Assembly (NCBI GenBank): GCA_026770705.1
Contig: JANJGN010000009.1
Span: forward strand, 158,038,001-158,102,000
Direction of reading: 5' to 3'
Length of the DNA: 64,000 nt
DNA from: Isurus oxyrinchus
Taxonomy: Eukaryota
Shown here piece after piece: positions 61,701-64,000 of the stretch; within the stretch, counting starts at the first letter, position 1, and each line of letters starts with the position of its first letter. The notes beneath the pieces were generated by a model that saw only the letters and a list, made by a program, of their open reading frames with translations, ran no database searches and was not told the DNA's origin. The translations under genes and the position numbers were made by a program.

Positions 61701-63739
61701 TCAAAGTTAGTGTTCAATCAGACAGAGTTGGTACAATCATTTTGTGCTGTTTTTAGTTGTATTGAATGTGGATCGCAAGTTTTGCACACTTTAGAGCTTA
61801 TTGCGTTCACTAATGACATCGAGTAAAGGGCTGCAAGTACTGCATCACTTATCTTCAAATTGATGATTACTCTTTGGATAAATTTATAAACCTATCATGG
61901 AGCCCAGATTTAAAAGATTTAAAAGATTATCATGGAGCCCAGAACTGCTGACATCTTGCAACAGTTAAGGTGAGCCCCATGAAATTGATCCAATCAATCA
62001 ATCGATCAGTAATTCCTAAAATCACTATAAATTGTTCAAAGAAGCCTGTTAAATTGTTAGATTTAGTTATTTAGCACTCAATTAGTGCTAAATAATGTCA
62101 ACAGAACTAGGATTGCTTTTGCTACCTGCAAAGCCAGTGATCTTCTGACTCTTGCAAACCTAATTACTTTCCTTTATTACTTAAAAATTACAGCTTGCTT
62201 CAAGTTCATTTGTAGGAGCAACTGTAATATTAAATATGAAGTACAGCTCTTGATTTTTGATGATTGGGAAGAGCAACAACTGAGCTCCACTGATGACCTA
62301 AAACTTAATGTTAATTTTACTGTATTAGAAATCTGTGGCAGACTACTGAGAACAGAGTAAACCTGGCCTAAAAATCACAGGCTTTGCAGCTAATGCTATC
62401 AACTGCATTCTACTGAAATAATTATATGAGAAAATCTGCATAGACTTGGACAAACTTGAGATATGTGAACCTTCAAATTTTCTTCTCCCACCCCTTCTTC
62501 CTTGGCAGATAGCCACTTCTGGGTATGAGGCTGTTACTTAGATGATTGTTGCTGAGATTTACCAAGAAAATTCCTCTTTCTAGAATTAAAAAAAAAATCC
62601 AAGTCCTCTTGTAAAATGTTTAACCAGAATGATTTCTTGTTTTAATGTGGGCTGTTTGCCCAGGTTAAAACTAAATGCTTGATATTTGGTAAAATTAACA
62701 TATCAGAATGCGATAAATCACACTGCAGCTAGAATTATGCATTTTTCTACATCTAGTATATATGTTATGTAGACATTGTGCAGTAGATAAAATTATATTA
62801 ACATACAAAAGATTAATAACAAGGTGAATGTTTGATGTACACTATCTTAAGGGGTATAAGTAGTTCCAGAAGAGTTTTCAGAACATTTTAATCTCTGCAT
62901 TCTCCCATTCTTTAATAACTTGTTTTTTCTGCGCTGTATGTGGGAGTAAGGGTAGGAGTAGGGGTGTAGAGAAATGTATACTCCTCTTTGCAGTACAAAG
63001 GACTACCAGTAATTATGTCCCCTTGAGATGCCAAGACTGGTTTAACCAGCCTCACCTACTGTACCAGATCAATCCATCAACAGCACAAATTGTCCTAATC
63101 TCAACTACAGCAAACTCAACTGATATTATATGCTGTACATACAGGCATTAGCATTAAGACATACAACAAATCGCAGCATCAAAAATTATCTGATGTGTAC
63201 CAGATGTATTTATTTATTACAGGTTGCTTTGTATCTGATGTCTGCTATAGCTACTGGGGCTTTGGGAAAGCCAGACTTAAAAGTTTTGCCAATATAGATC
63301 AAAATTATCCTCATGCTTTGAGGGGTGTGTATCCAATTTGCTGGTCTTAATTTACTAAATAAATTAAGATGTTAATGTTATGACTTTTCCCCATTCAGAA
63401 AATAAATCCTGAAGCATTTTCAGGTTTTTTTTTTTGAAGCATGTGATTATTCTGATTGCAATCTTTCCATTTGTAAAAATTGCTGATACCAAGGTTTGCT
63501 TGCTGTAGCACAGCTGACTCTTGACAGCCTGAATATTTAGTGATTCTTGAACATGGGAAGCAACATTCTAAAGTTCTGCAAACTTGCAGATTCCACTATT
63601 ATTTGTGAATGGTCACTAAATTAGAAATTTTTTTGACCTCTTCTGATTGTTAAAAAAGTCCTAAACAGTGTATTGCTAGAATTTTTATCTGCAAATTTCA
63701 ATGAGTGTCTGTACCATATAAATGCATGTCCGATCTTTT

Positions 63740-63990
63740 TGAAGTCTGTTAAGTTAGCTGATTGAAATCTGAGTGCTACAGTCCCTCCGTTAGGGAGGGT
63801 TTACCAGCTGGGATTCACACTCCTGTTCACTATTCAGCAGTCCTTGATAGGTGTGTGTGTGTTTGTTTGTAACTGGTGAAGACAGAATTGGTCTGAAAAT
63901 GATTGCTTAAGCAGACAATAGCTGTTCCGGTGATATAAGAGAGGGCTGATCCAACCATGAAACAATGAGAAATTCACACTTTCAAGAGGG
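63740..63990 (+). mobile_element. AmnSINE2-like SINE, degenerate
   Basis: agttagctgat...gtgctaca...gttagggaggg...ctcctgttcactattcag...gtgtgtgtg...ggtgaagacagaattgg; parallels the copy at 3630. Confidence 0.45.
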
Positions 63991-64000
63991 GAGGGGAGAA

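Overview
This is vertebrate genomic DNA, about 40% GC by eye. The repeat content (CR1/L2/RTE/Tx1 LINEs, Deu-domain SINEs, Penelope-like elements, Harbinger-type MITEs) points to a cartilaginous fish (shark); the species cannot be proven from the window. One protein-coding gene lies on the + strand: CTTNBP2NL, a STRIPAK-associated protein. It has 4 coding exons (6073-6171, 39834-40064, 49587-49694, 53358-55088), all introns are GT-AG and phase 0, and the product is 722 aa. The 33.7-kb first coding intron is packed with mobile DNA: a decayed GalEa-type Ty1/copia element with a matching solo LTR and a Tx1 fragment nested in its 5' LTR, an internally deleted Gmr1-like Gypsy element with an exact 4-bp TSD, and a ~98% identical 360-bp inverted duplication inside an RTE LINE. 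Penelope-like fold-back insertions carrying minimal hammerhead ribozymes occur in introns 1-3. Most notable: (i) a young Penelope family whose hammerhead core carries a fixed A6->U change; (ii) every hammerhead sense to the host pre-mRNA is damaged, while intact-looking ones are antisense; (iii) the CTTNBP2NL C-terminal tail looks like the long, CTTNBP2-like ancestral form. Family names come from motif recognition and recalled consensus sequences, not database searches. Repeat boundaries without a TSD are approximate.
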